Shown here one piece after another: positions 13,546 to 25,400 of a stretch of 48,424 nucleotides of DNA. The translations under genes and the position numbers were made by a program. Positions within the stretch are counted from its first letter, which is position 1, and every line of letters begins with the position of its first letter. Origin of the DNA: Welwitschia mirabilis (taxonomy: Eukaryota); contig JBOZIK010000001.1 of assembly GCA_051453625.1 (NCBI GenBank), forward strand, positions 26,726,252 to 26,774,675. Direction: 5' to 3'. The notes below the pieces were generated by a model. That model had not been told where the DNA came from and did not search any database. It saw only the letters and a list, made by a program, of their open reading frames with translations.

Positions 13546-14911
13546 TTATATGATAAAACCAAGTAATATCATTTCCATTTTCATGAAAATATAATGTTTG
13601 ATTATTTGAAGTCTTTCTTCTTATCTCATCTTAGTCTATCTTGCATCTTAGGGCTTGTCTTACCTTTATCTTTGTATTATCTAGGCCATACTGAGGAGTG
13701 TGATGATTCACAGTTCTTACTTCACACTATTTTGTATTAAATAGATGATAAATTAAAGCATAGTAAAAGATAATTTATCTTGTCAATGAGGTCATATGAA
13801 AATGAAATATTTATTGTCTAGTTTGTGCTTGAAAAATAGTAATTGGAGCAATTTGTTCTATATTATAACTTGTGATCTTGTTATGTCTTTTGGCTAACTT
13901 TTTATTTCTAAAAATTTAAGTCATTTATCTATAATAGGATTGTAAACATTATATCTTTAAGATATTAAGATATCAAATTAATCTATTTATTAAACTTGCA
14001 ATTTTGATTTTGACTACTTAAAGTTTTGGTTTTAATTTAAAAAGGTTCATCCTTATGTTACTTGAAGCTTTAGTTGAATAAGTTTTAGCTAGCATGTATT
14101 GTTTTTCTATTGTAAATATACCTTTCTTCTATGGTTTAATCTTTAAGTATTCATCCTTCTAATTGAAGTTTTTGGCTAAAGCATACCTTTCTTTTTATCA
14201 TGATAATTGATAATTGATGCATAGTCTTGGTGGTAAATGTTGAGGATGTCACATTTTAGTATTAGATTAATATCTGAAGTTTTTGAGTGAAAAATGTTAA
14301 TCTTACATAAGTCTAAACTGTTTGAGTTATCCTCTAAAGAAATGTATTTAGTAAAGAATCCACATGATTCTCTATTAAGATCCTACTTCTAAAATGAATA
14401 GATCAATACATTTTTTCACTAGTAATTATTAAATATTCTTTGAAATAAAAGGCATGATAGAGAAAATTAGCATTTATATTAAAAATTTTTAATTTTCTAG
14501 AAGTAATTTGACTTCATGAAATTAATGAAATTATTAAAAATCATACCTATGATTATGTTATTAATAACTTCATTATCTATGTATAGTTTATATTATTATC
14601 TTAAACCTTTGATTCTACCAAACAAAAAAAAAGAAATTATTTTTTATTTCAATTAATTATAAAATAATAATTTTTTAGTTTATGAGATAATTAATTGAAA
14701 CTCTTTGTGACTTCATTTTTAATGACGTCATCAATAAGTGAAAGTACTTTTGATGGGTCATTGTTAAGGGAGTAATAAAAGAGAGAGAAATCAAGAGAAG
14801 CAATCAATGAAACTAACATGTAGCACAACATTTTAAGATTAGAGTTTTGATAACATAATTGATGTTTCTTTAATTCTTATTATGTGTATTTGATGAGGTT
14901 ACTAAAAATTT

Positions 14912-14931
14912 AAAAAAGGAGGCATGTTAGT
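14912..14931 (+). other. Possible polypurine tract and LTR start (AAAAAAGGAGGCA then TGTTAG at 14925)
   Basis: Purine run followed directly by TG. The 1.8-kb repeat downstream has LTR-like TATA and AATAAA features. No matching LTR end or TSD found. Confidence 0.3.
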
Positions 14932-15953
14932 AAACTAAGTTGAACTTGAACTCTTAAAAATATTTTAAAATTTTCACTTTCAAAACTTTTTAGTTTCAAA
15001 AATTTTTAAAAATTAGATTTTAAAAATTTTAACTTTGAGTCTTAGAAAATCAACTCAAATGTTAGCTAAGAAGAGGGAGAAAAAAACTTCATCCAACTCT
15101 TTTAAAACAAGTTAAATAGACATCATTATGTAGCAATATTTCTTTTATTCTAGAGTCAGAAGCTAATGTAAACTATATTGGCTCTACAATAGTTTGATTT
15201 GACTACTGTAATGCCTTTAGCTTGAGAGCCATCTACTTCATGAAGTCTTCATTTGAGGATAATAAACAAAGGAAAAAAAAATTAATTAGAAATCCTTAAT
15301 TTAGTAAAAAATAAAATAGATTAATCTAAAAATAAATTTAATGAAGAAGTTAAATATTAGATGATTAGGAAAGGTTAGAAGTAAAAGACTGATAAAAAAG
15401 GAAAATATGTGGGAGTTGGTTATGAAGGCCTTCATATTAGGTAATAAGTTCTTTTTCCTACAAAATATGAATTTATGGTAATATATGTACGTATTAAATT
15501 ATATCATAACATTTAAGAGTTACAAAATCTATCAACATTACAAAATACAATATCTTCTAAAAATAATTCTTTCTAGTAAAAGTATTATTAATATATTTTC
15601 TTCATTTAAGTCATTTTACTTCATGGAAAATCCTTGTTAATTAGCCCTTAGAAGAAAGTAGCCATCAAAGAAGATCTTTAACTCTTTACTAGAACTTTCT
15701 TCTAAGATGCTATCTACTTAACTAAGATTTGAAGGAAATTTATCTACTAGGAAATTCTTAAATTACCTATTAAATCTTCTTCTTCTATAATGAGTAGCCA
15801 AGGTGACAGGAAAAAAAACATAAAGAAGCTTGAATTGGAAAAGGAAACTTGTTGAGTAAGAAGTAATTGATTTTTAAGAGATTTGTTATCCAAACAATTT
15901 TAAAATCTTTTAATAAACACATATATGAACTTAATCTAATCACTAATGCATCA

Positions 15954-17750
15954 AATAAGAATATATATCTAAGATGCATTGTGAGATTTTAAGAGAGAAC
16001 AATTAATTAAATTAGAATTGATAATTATGTCCTATAGGAATTACTTTACAACAAAAGCATTCGACATGTGTTAAATAATTAAATATAAACTCTAATTCAT
16101 GAAGCTATCTTATTCATCTACTAATCTTAATCATTGATTCATCATCAGTTGTGAAAAGCATGGCTACTGTATTATTTCTACATCTGTAAAACAACCATAA
16201 GAAAAACAAAAATAAAATAAAACTAATGTAAAAATAATGGATTAATAGTCATTGAATCAATATCAACAATCCATTAATAAGTGTCTAAAAAATGATTAGA
16301 TGCAAGTATTGGTATAATGATCATAATTTAATAAACACTCTCCTTTCTCTATCCTCCACCTTCTTTTGACACCATTTTCAATAAGTATAATCACTTTTAA
16401 TAGGGTCCTTAATATGGAGTAGCTATAAGAGGATGAAAGAAGAAGAAAATAGTGAAGACACGAGGACACATTAGATATTTTATAAAAGGATTTTGATAAG
16501 GTAAAGAAAAGACATCGATATCAATTGTTAGGATCATCAAAATTTAATTTAATATGTGTTATAGGTCAGTAAATAATACCTTTATTTTATGGACATATTA
16601 AAGAAATAAATTATATTAAATATAGATTTAATACATAAGCATACAAATTTAAGAAATAAACATTAAAGTAGTAAATCATAACTATTTTAAATTAAACAAG
16701 TATATTAGATTTAAATAAATAAACCAAAAAAATCCAGTAAGAAAATTGCAAAGTTAAAAAGATTATAAAGCTTCTACTGCTTATGCATCATAATAAATAA
16801 AGATAAGTGTCAGGGCAAAAATTTACCATTTCTTTCTAAATTTTTGAGAATATTACTTTGTAAAACCCTTGAAATCTTTGTGCTAAATTCTTCTAACAAC
16901 AATGATATTCATAATAAAAAGCACTCTAATAAGTAAGTAAATATTTAACCCTTGTTTCATACTTTTTATATAAATTCTATTTCCATGAGAACATGAAAAA
17001 TCTTAAATCTAGGAATGTGATTAATGATATAATGTGCATTTATGATACTTGTTCTTCTTATATTTTATAATAATTTTAAGAAATAATAAATGATTATCAT
17101 AAATGTATGTTTGTATCTCTTTGTGCTTTAATAGTTTTTTGAGACATGAGATGAATGAGAAGATTAAGGAGGAAGCATCTTCACAATTTGAGATGAGAAA
17201 AATTGGTGCAAGGAGGAACTATACAAAAAGGGTAGGTGTTCATACAAAAAGGAGCTCAATACGGTAGTTAAGAAGGATGACTACCCTCAATTATCTTTTT
17301 AATTTTGAAGAATTGTTAATGCACAAGCATCACTTCTAGATATTCATACAAGTGTATGCATTAAACCTCCTTATAAATGACTAATAGTCTATAAATAGGG
17401 AGGTCTTAATTCTAAAAATAGAAGGAGCTCTTAGAATATTATAGAAGTGGAGAATGTAGTTAAATAGACTTAGAATATCTATTTTTATTTTTTTTGCTTC
17501 AAAAATGATCAAAGAATTTTTTATTTTATTTTATTTTTTTAAACTAGTATTAATTTTTATTGCATTATTCTTAGCTAACTTGGTCTAGGAATATTGTAGT
17601 GTACTTATTTTAATCTTTACAAATAAAGTTATATTCTTGCATTTTCAATTTCTTTAGTTATCTTCATTTAAAGCTGCTACTGAGTTTTACTCTTCTTGCT
17701 ATTTAGAAATAGATAGTAAGTAGTAATTTTAATAAAGAGCAGATCTTGGG
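15954..17750 (+). repeat. Copy 1 of a ~1.8-kb direct tandem duplication (LTR-like sequence)
   Basis: Starts AATAAGAATATATATCTAAG and is colinear with 17751-18058 plus 23955-25335. Contains CTATAAATAGGG (~17389) and a downstream AATAAA. Confidence 0.9.
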
Positions 17751-18259
17751 AATAAGAATATGTATCTAAGCTATACTATGAGATTATAAGAGAGAATAAT
17801 TAATTACTTTATAACCAAGAATTAAGTCCTACGAGAATTACTTTATAATGAAAATATTTGACATGTGTTAAATAATCAAATACAAATCCTAATTCACGAA
17901 GCTATCTTATTAGTCTATTAATCTTAATCATTAATCCATCATTGGCTATAAGAATCATAACTACTACTTTGTTTCCACACCTATAAAATAACAATAACAA
18001 AAACAAAAGTAAAATAAAGCCAACGTAAAAATAATGGACTAAATCAATATCAATAACTGAAAAATCTTGTGAAGACATGGGAGCTATAATTTTCGAAGTG
18101 CTAAGATTAGCAAGAGCAGTTTTAGTCTAAGGGAGCTATAGCACATAGGGGAGAAGTTTCGACCAGGTTTTCAAATGCTCAAGAAGATTAGTTGCAGTTT
18201 TGTTTTTATTTTAAAGTTGAGTCAAAGTAGTTTTTAAGATAGGGCTATTGCACTTTAAA

Positions 18260-19080
18260 ATGGAGAAGACTTGGTTCTCTAAGGATGGGAAAACTTTCAT
18301 TTTGGACATAAACAAAAATGTGTGTTCAGAAATAGAGAAGAGATTTCAATATAGCTTAATAGGTAAATTTATTTCATCACGCCCTAGGTCTAGACTAGAT
18401 CTCATTAGGGAATGGGCAGCCACTAACTAGAGAAGAGTCAGTAAAGTGCAGGTTATTATCATGCTAGAAGGCTCGATCCTTTTTTAGCTTCACAATAAAT
18501 AGAATAGAGATGAAGTTATTATTAGAGGTCTATGGTTCTTTCGAATAACAGAACTAGCTTTAGCTAAATGGATTCTAGGGGTGCAAGCAGGCCTGCATCT
18601 GTTTAAGAAATTACCGATCTGGATTCAAGTATGTAAGTTCTCTCTCGAGTTATGGGATGAGGATGTTCTAAAAAGAATTACCTCTCAATTTAGAAAACTA
18701 ATTAAACTGGATAGGATCACCATTAAATAAACCATATTAGGTCTGATGAGATTTTGTATCTGGATCAGCCTTAAAGAGACAAATGAGATCTAATCTATCA
18801 AGTTTCAGTCTAAGTGGGGAACATATGACCTGCACATCACTCACGAGAACCTCCCAATAACATGTGAGACATGAGGAAACATAGGATACACACTAGCGAA
18901 ATGTGTTAAGGCAAAAAAGAAATGCGTACACTATGGAAAAAATGGCCATGAAAGGGATGAATGTAGGAAGAGACAAATAGATATTGAGGATAAGAAGAAA
19001 GAAAATCATTTTCTTTGTGTAAAATCAAGGCATAGTCAAAGCGATTATAGCATAAATAGAAAAAGAAAAAAAGGGTAAAA
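18260..19080 (+). pseudogene. LINE ORF1 pseudogene (DUF4283-like region plus zinc knuckles)
   Basis: Translates MEKTWF...YSLIGKFISSRP...RGLWFF...LPIWIQVCKFSLELWDEDVLKRITSQFRKLIKLD...HENLPITCET*GNIGYTLAKC...CVHYGKNGHERDEC, with several in-frame stops. End approximate. Confidence 0.85.
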
Positions 19081-19339
19081 AATACAATGGTATATCCTAA
19101 GGAGAAAAAAGGTTAAAAAAACCATGAGTACAATCCATTATAGCACTTATCAGAAGAGAAGGAGAACATTCCCCAACCAGAGAAACAAGTAAACAAAGAT
19201 GAGCCAAATGATGTTGAAATCTATACAAAAGGCAGGCCCCGCAATAGAGTGCTCAGAGACAAGGAAGCAACAAAAAACATGACAAATAGTTCCCTGGCAA
19301 TAATCAAAGATACTTTGAAAAATAATCAAGAGGTGTCTA

Positions 19340-22300
19340 AAAAGGGCTTGCTTCTCCTAGAACTGCAGGGGTGTAGGGCCCCCCTATAAAAGGAAGACTC
19401 TAAGAGATCTAATTAATAACATAAATTTAGTCTACTTATAAGAGACAAACATGAACGACAACATGAGATTAGGAATTTTTAGTAGTAATGAAACAAATTT
19501 TCTTTAGCAGTGCATGGAAACGCAGGGGAAATCATGATCCTTACAAAAAAGGAGGCAAAATTAATTTATATTAGTATATACCATCTAATAATATAACTCA
19601 AAGAGAAAGGTTAAACCATTGCAAACATATATGGGCTATATAACAACATAGAAAAAGCCTTAATGCTGAAGGAACTAAAAACTTAGTTATGAATAAAGCT
19701 AAATGGATATCCATAGGGGATTTTAATCAATGCCTTCGCAGATAGGAAAAATAGGAGGTGAAAACGGGAACAACAAGAGAGCAAAGATTCTTAAAGATTT
19801 TATAACATAAGGAGAAATTTTCAATATATTAATCATAGGATGCAAATTCACATGGTCTAATAGAACTAGAGATAACCACATCATGTCCAGAATCGATAGA
19901 ATCTTGACTAGAGAAAAAAATAAAGATGATAATCTAGGCATGAGGCCTAAACAGAATAGCCTCAAATCATAAACCAATCAAACTCAGAATCAATATGGTA
20001 ATGTCCCCTAGATATTCCTTCAGAATGGAGAGATTTTGGCTTATAAGAAAAGAAACTAGGAGGGGAGTTAAAAAAATTTAGGATGAATATAATGGTACTC
20101 TACCATTCACTTTTCTATATAACAACTTAAACACTCTCAAAACTCATCTTCAGGATGGAGATAAAACGACAGAGAAAGGTTTGAGTCCAAGAAGGAGTTA
20201 GAGCAAGAGTTATAGGAGATTCAAACAAATCAGGAACATGGAGGAGACTAGGATGGTCTCTAGACCAAAGAGTATAGATACCTCCTAGAATTACAAGAAA
20301 TAAGCTCCAAAGAAGAGCACTACTAGAGGGAGAGGTCCAGAATCAAGTGGCTATAAGAATGAGACAAGCATATCAAATTCTTTTTCCAACATACTAATCA
20401 ACATAAAATAAATAATAGAATTAAAAACTCATAATTAGAGAACAAGTGATTAAAGATGAAAAGGTCATCATTGTAGAAATGTAAACCCATCTTAAGAACA
20501 TATGAGAATGGAAGGATATCATCCCTGAGCTAATTTAGGTATATAAAAAGATTTCTTATGAGAATAAACAAGTCTAAATAAGCCAATAAGCAGGAAAAAA
20601 GTTTAAGTAGTGATTCAATCAATGAAGAACAATAGAGCCCCTAGACTAGACAGGTGACTGGTAGAATTATTCAAGGCTTATTTTTCCCTTATGGGGAATA
20701 ACCTTCATAATGTTATGCAGGATATCTTCACTGACAAGTGCATTCTAATAGAGATGAATATGACTCAAGTACTCCTCATTCCAAAGAAATGAGATGCTAA
20801 CAAACTAGAGGATTACAGATCATTAGGTATTTATAATGTTTTTTATAGAATCTTCACAAAAATAATGGTAGGCCGTATTCCTCTCTGCTCCCCAAGGTGA
20901 TCTCTAAGAATGAAGATGACTTTATCTAATGTAGGTACATCTAAGACCAAATCCTTTTAATGCATGAAATCATTCATTATATCAAGAAAAATAAGTTTCC
21001 TTTAATTCTTACTAAACTAGATACAACAAAAGCATATGATTTTGTGATCTAAATTCCTTAGGTAGTATCCTAAGGAATATCAACTTTAGCTCTGATATCA
21101 CTAGCCTTTGGATAGACATGCAAGCTTTAGCCGAATTCAGCATAGAGGTTAACAACAAAAGATTTGAATTCTTCTCAATTGGATGTGGATTAAGGCAAGA
21201 GGGCCCTATATTCCCTTACCTCTTTCTATTTGTCATGAATGTTTTACAGGAAATGCTTAAAAGGAATGGAGTCTCAAGGATAAACATAGAAAGCCAAGTA
21301 CTCATCAATAATCATTATGTAGACAATACAACCATCATGACTCAAGTTTCTTGTCAATAGGCTAGAGTAATCAAAAAAATTATGAACCTTTTTTCTAAGA
21401 CCATAGGACTTAAGAATAATTATAATAAGTCTAGAATACACATCATCAACAAAATCATCAGAAGATGGGGCAATATCACTAGAATCTTAGACATCAGCCA
21501 AACTAAAAGATCTGTAAGACCTCTATAAAGAATTCCCCTCAGAAATTGACATAAGTCTCTAATCTAGAACCTTATCCTACTGAATATTTAGAGGAAATGT
21601 AATACTTAGTTAAATAAATTTCTCTCTTTAAAATCCAAGATTATCCTAGAAACTACCTATCTAATTGCTTCTTTTACATATATAGCCCCCATCATCACGT
21701 CTCTTTTGGCCAAGTTCATAATTTAAAAAATCAATAAGATGCTAAAGGATTTCATCTAATCTAGAGTTAAGGATAAAAGCCACACACATCTATGCAAATG
21801 ACACCTTATTGCTTACCTTAGGTCGCAGAAGGCTGAGAAATTTATAAACTAGAAGACTGCACACTTATAGGAGCTCACAAAATTATCAAGAGATTCCTAA
21901 TCGAAGGATAGTTTTGGAGTGAATTAATTAATTATAAATACCAAGCTTGAACTACAAATGGAGTGGAGTCTTATCTTTGGAAGCATTATCAAAAGTTAGA
22001 AGAGATTTGATTGAGCTAGAAATTACTAATGAGGATACAATAAATCAATCTTAACTAAGAAATATGGTAAGGATGAAGTTAAGAAAAGATTCTAGTAGGG
22101 GTAGATCCCTAACAAAATTAAGATCTTCTGTTGGCCCAAGAATCATAATAGAATCTTAACAAGAGCTTATCTTATCGAACATGACATCCAAGTTTCCTCT
22201 ACATGCCCGATATGTTAGTCTAATTAGAAAGATATTCATCATCTCTTTCATAAGTACAAGTGGAGTACAAACTTAATGGAATTAATAACTAACTATTACA

Positions 22301-22450
22301 CTACTAGCAGGCAATTGCGAGGTGGATGTTAGATGGGATTAGCCTGATATTGTAGTAGATTTGGTATACCTGTAATGACTTAATCTTCAATGCAGGACTC
22401 CTCCCCTTTCCTATTAATACAGTTAGAAGGATTCGGTAGTATCACTTGCA
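19340..22450 (+). pseudogene. LINE ORF2 pseudogene (APE endonuclease, reverse transcriptase, zf-RVT)
   Basis: S*NCRG (~19355), IANIYG, WISIGDFN, FTWSNR..MSRIDRIL, FRMERFW, APRLDR (from APGPDG), LIPK, KLDTTKAYD, GLRQEGPIFPYLF, HYVDN (from YADD), IPNKIKIFCW, CPIC..DIHHLF. Boundaries approximate. Confidence 0.9.
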
Positions 22451-25400
22451 AATTTGGATGGCAATGGCGGTTACTTTGATGCAAGAACCATCAAATCCCA
22501 ACTTCTTTGATCAACCTCATGAAATCAGGTGTAGGCCCTAGGATGAAAAATCTTGTTGCAAATCTAAAGAGGGAATAAGACTCTAATATTACCCCATTTT
22601 ACAGACACTGGTGAGGAGACAGTACTACCTTTAGAAGAATATTAATTAAAGTCGCTGAGGAATCATTAACTCATCTTCTAAAAATTACTATGGAAGGGAA
22701 GAGGATTTTCTTTAATTATAGAGGGTAAAGGGAGGCCTTTCATTTCTTCCCAAGAGGAATCCATAAACTTTCTAATGGCTATATTAGTAGAAAACCAATT
22801 CTACCCCCTCGGGTTTGGGGTCTGAGTCAGTGGATAGATACTTCATTTAATCAGGCTATCACTCTAAGCTCTCTAGTTTACACTTCATTTTTCTTAAGGG
22901 CCTAAACTAAGGGCATCGCATCAACTTATCTTTTTTTTCATTCAAACGTTGAGAAGAAAAGATATGATCTAATACTCTTAACTAATAATAACCATTTAAA
23001 GAGCTATAAGGAACTCAAGGGCGAGAAGGAAGGCCTCTTTCCCTTTTCCATGTTATTGGTCAACAACAAAGTTCCAGTGGCCAAAGTGAAAAAAAAGAAG
23101 AAGGCCCAAAATGTCAAAAATTCTTAAGAAGAATGGTAAAATGAGCTAGTGCTTCACAATCTCAGAGGGAGGCGATCCCACCCTTGACTTTAGAATTCTC
23201 ATGAACAAGAAGAATAGATTTTTCTCCTAATGAAGATCATACTGCAAAGCAGAAGGAGGAGCAGATCCAACTTGAGCAGGGCCAAGAGAAAACTTCTCCT
23301 AAGAAATCAGAAAGTCCTAAGTCTAGCAAGGAGACAGAGTCATAGAACCAAACAGATTCCAATACAAAAAGAGAACCTTAGACCATATAAGAAGACATTG
23401 ATATGGAGTAAGTAAGAAGGGAGGTGTTATATACTACAATTTAAGGGATGAACATATCCCTTCTTAATTCTTAGCATCGTGCATAGAGCTTCTCTTAGTA
23501 CCATCAAATTAATATTTTGAAAGAAGGCTTTGAGACTTCATCTTGATAAGAATAAAGCAGGAGCAGAGGAGTTTAAAGAAGTAAACCAATCTTTTAAGAT
23601 CTTGGTGGACAAAATGGGTAGGCTTCTAGTCCACCACCACTATAATCACTTACTCCTAAGTTGCAGGGGATGTTAATCTACCTTTTCTTCTTATGGTTTC
23701 ATCTTAACCTCTCCTAATTCTATCATTCACCACATCAGTGATAGGGTTGGGATGTTTTTGCCCCTTTTTTACTGTTAATAACTTTTGTTCTGATTCTAGC
23801 ATCATTTACGAGTTTACTTTGTGACATGGTTATGCTATTGTCCCATTTTCTTGTACTTCCTTAGAGAGAGGTACTTTCACTCCCTTACCTATAACTACTA
23901 CTTGCTAATATAAATTCTAGTTTTATTGTTTTGAGGGGGTAAAAGAAAAAAAAGATCAATAATTCATCAATAAGTGTTTAAAAAATGATTGGATGTAAGT
24001 ATTATTGCTATGACTAGAATTTAATAAACACTCTTCTTTATCTGTCCTCCTCCTTCTTTTTGAAACCACTGGGTTTTTGATATAAGGGAGGTGGAAGAGG
24101 AGGAAAGAAGAATCGAAGAATGCAAACAAAAGGACACACTAGATAGCTTATAAAAAGAATTTGATAAGGCAAAGAAGAGACATAGATATCAATTATTAGA
24201 GTCATCGAATTTTAATTTAACATGTGTCACAAGTCAATAAATAATACCTTTAGTTGATGAGGGTATTAAAAAAATAAATTAGATTAAATATAGATTTAAC
24301 ATGTAAGCATAGGAAATTAAGAAATAAACATTAAATTAGAAAATTATAATTATTTTAAACTAAACAAGTATACCACATTTAAATAAATAAATCAAAAAAT
24401 CTAGTAAGAAAATTGTAAAGTTAAAAATATTACAAAGCTTCCACGTTTTATGCATCATGGTAAATGAAGATAAGTACTAGGATAAATATTTACCATTTCT
24501 TTTTGATATTTTAAGACTAGAAATCTTTATATTAGGTCCTCCTCACAAAAATGGCATTCACAATAGGAAGCAATCTAATGAATAAGTAAATATTTGATCC
24601 TTGTATCATAATTTTTGTATAACAAAATCTTAAGTCTAGGAATATGATGAATGATATAATGTGCGTTTCTTATATATTTTATAATAATTTTAAGAAATAG
24701 TAAACTATTTTCATAAATATATGTTTGGATCTCTTTGCACTTTAACATTTTATTGAGACAAAAGATGAACGAGAAGATTAAGAAGGAAGCTTCTTAATAA
24801 GTTGAAATAAGGACAAGTGGCACAAAAGAGGAATTACACAAAGAGGATACGTGTGCATACAAAAATAAGCTCAATAAGATAAAGAAGGATGACTACCCTT
24901 AACTATCCTTTTAATTTTCAAGAATTATTAATGCCCAAGCATCATTTCTAAATATTCATATAAGTGTATGCATGTAACCTCCTTGTAACTAACTAATAGC
25001 TTATAAGTAAGAGATCTATTACTTCTAAAAATATGAGGAGTTCTTACAAGACTATAAAAGTGGAGAATGTAATTAAATAGGCTTAGAATATCTATTTTTG
25101 TCTTAAATGATTAAAGAATTTTTCTTACTAGTATCAACTTTTATTTAATTGCTCTTAATTTACTTGATCTAGGAATATGGTAATGTACTTATTTTAAGCT
25201 TTAGAAATAAAGTTCTATTCTTACATTTTTAGTTTCTTTAATTAACTTTATTTATAGTTACCAATGAATTTTACTTTTTTTATCATTTAAAAATAGATAA
25301 TAAGTAATAATTTCAACAAAGAACGAATCTTCAGAAGCTTTTCTTGCTATAAATTAAATCTATTAGGATTATTTGCTAGTCAAAATTCTTATGTTAGAAT

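Larger units (their letters stand above)
18059..23954 (+). mobile_element. Full-length decayed L1-clade LINE (~5.9 kb) with poly(A) tail and TSD
   Basis: ORF1 and ORF2 motifs in the expected order. A-rich tail at 23941-23953. TSD ATCAATAACT (18049-18058) and ATCAATAATT (23955-23964). The empty site is visible in duplicate copy 1 at ~16262. Confidence 0.93.
17751..25335 (+). repeat. Copy 2 of the tandem duplication, split by the LINE (17751-18058 and 23955-25335)
   Basis: Starts AATAAGAATATGTATCTAAG. Homology to copy 1 stops at 18058, resumes right after the LINE poly(A), and ends near GAATCTTCAGAA. Confidence 0.9.
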
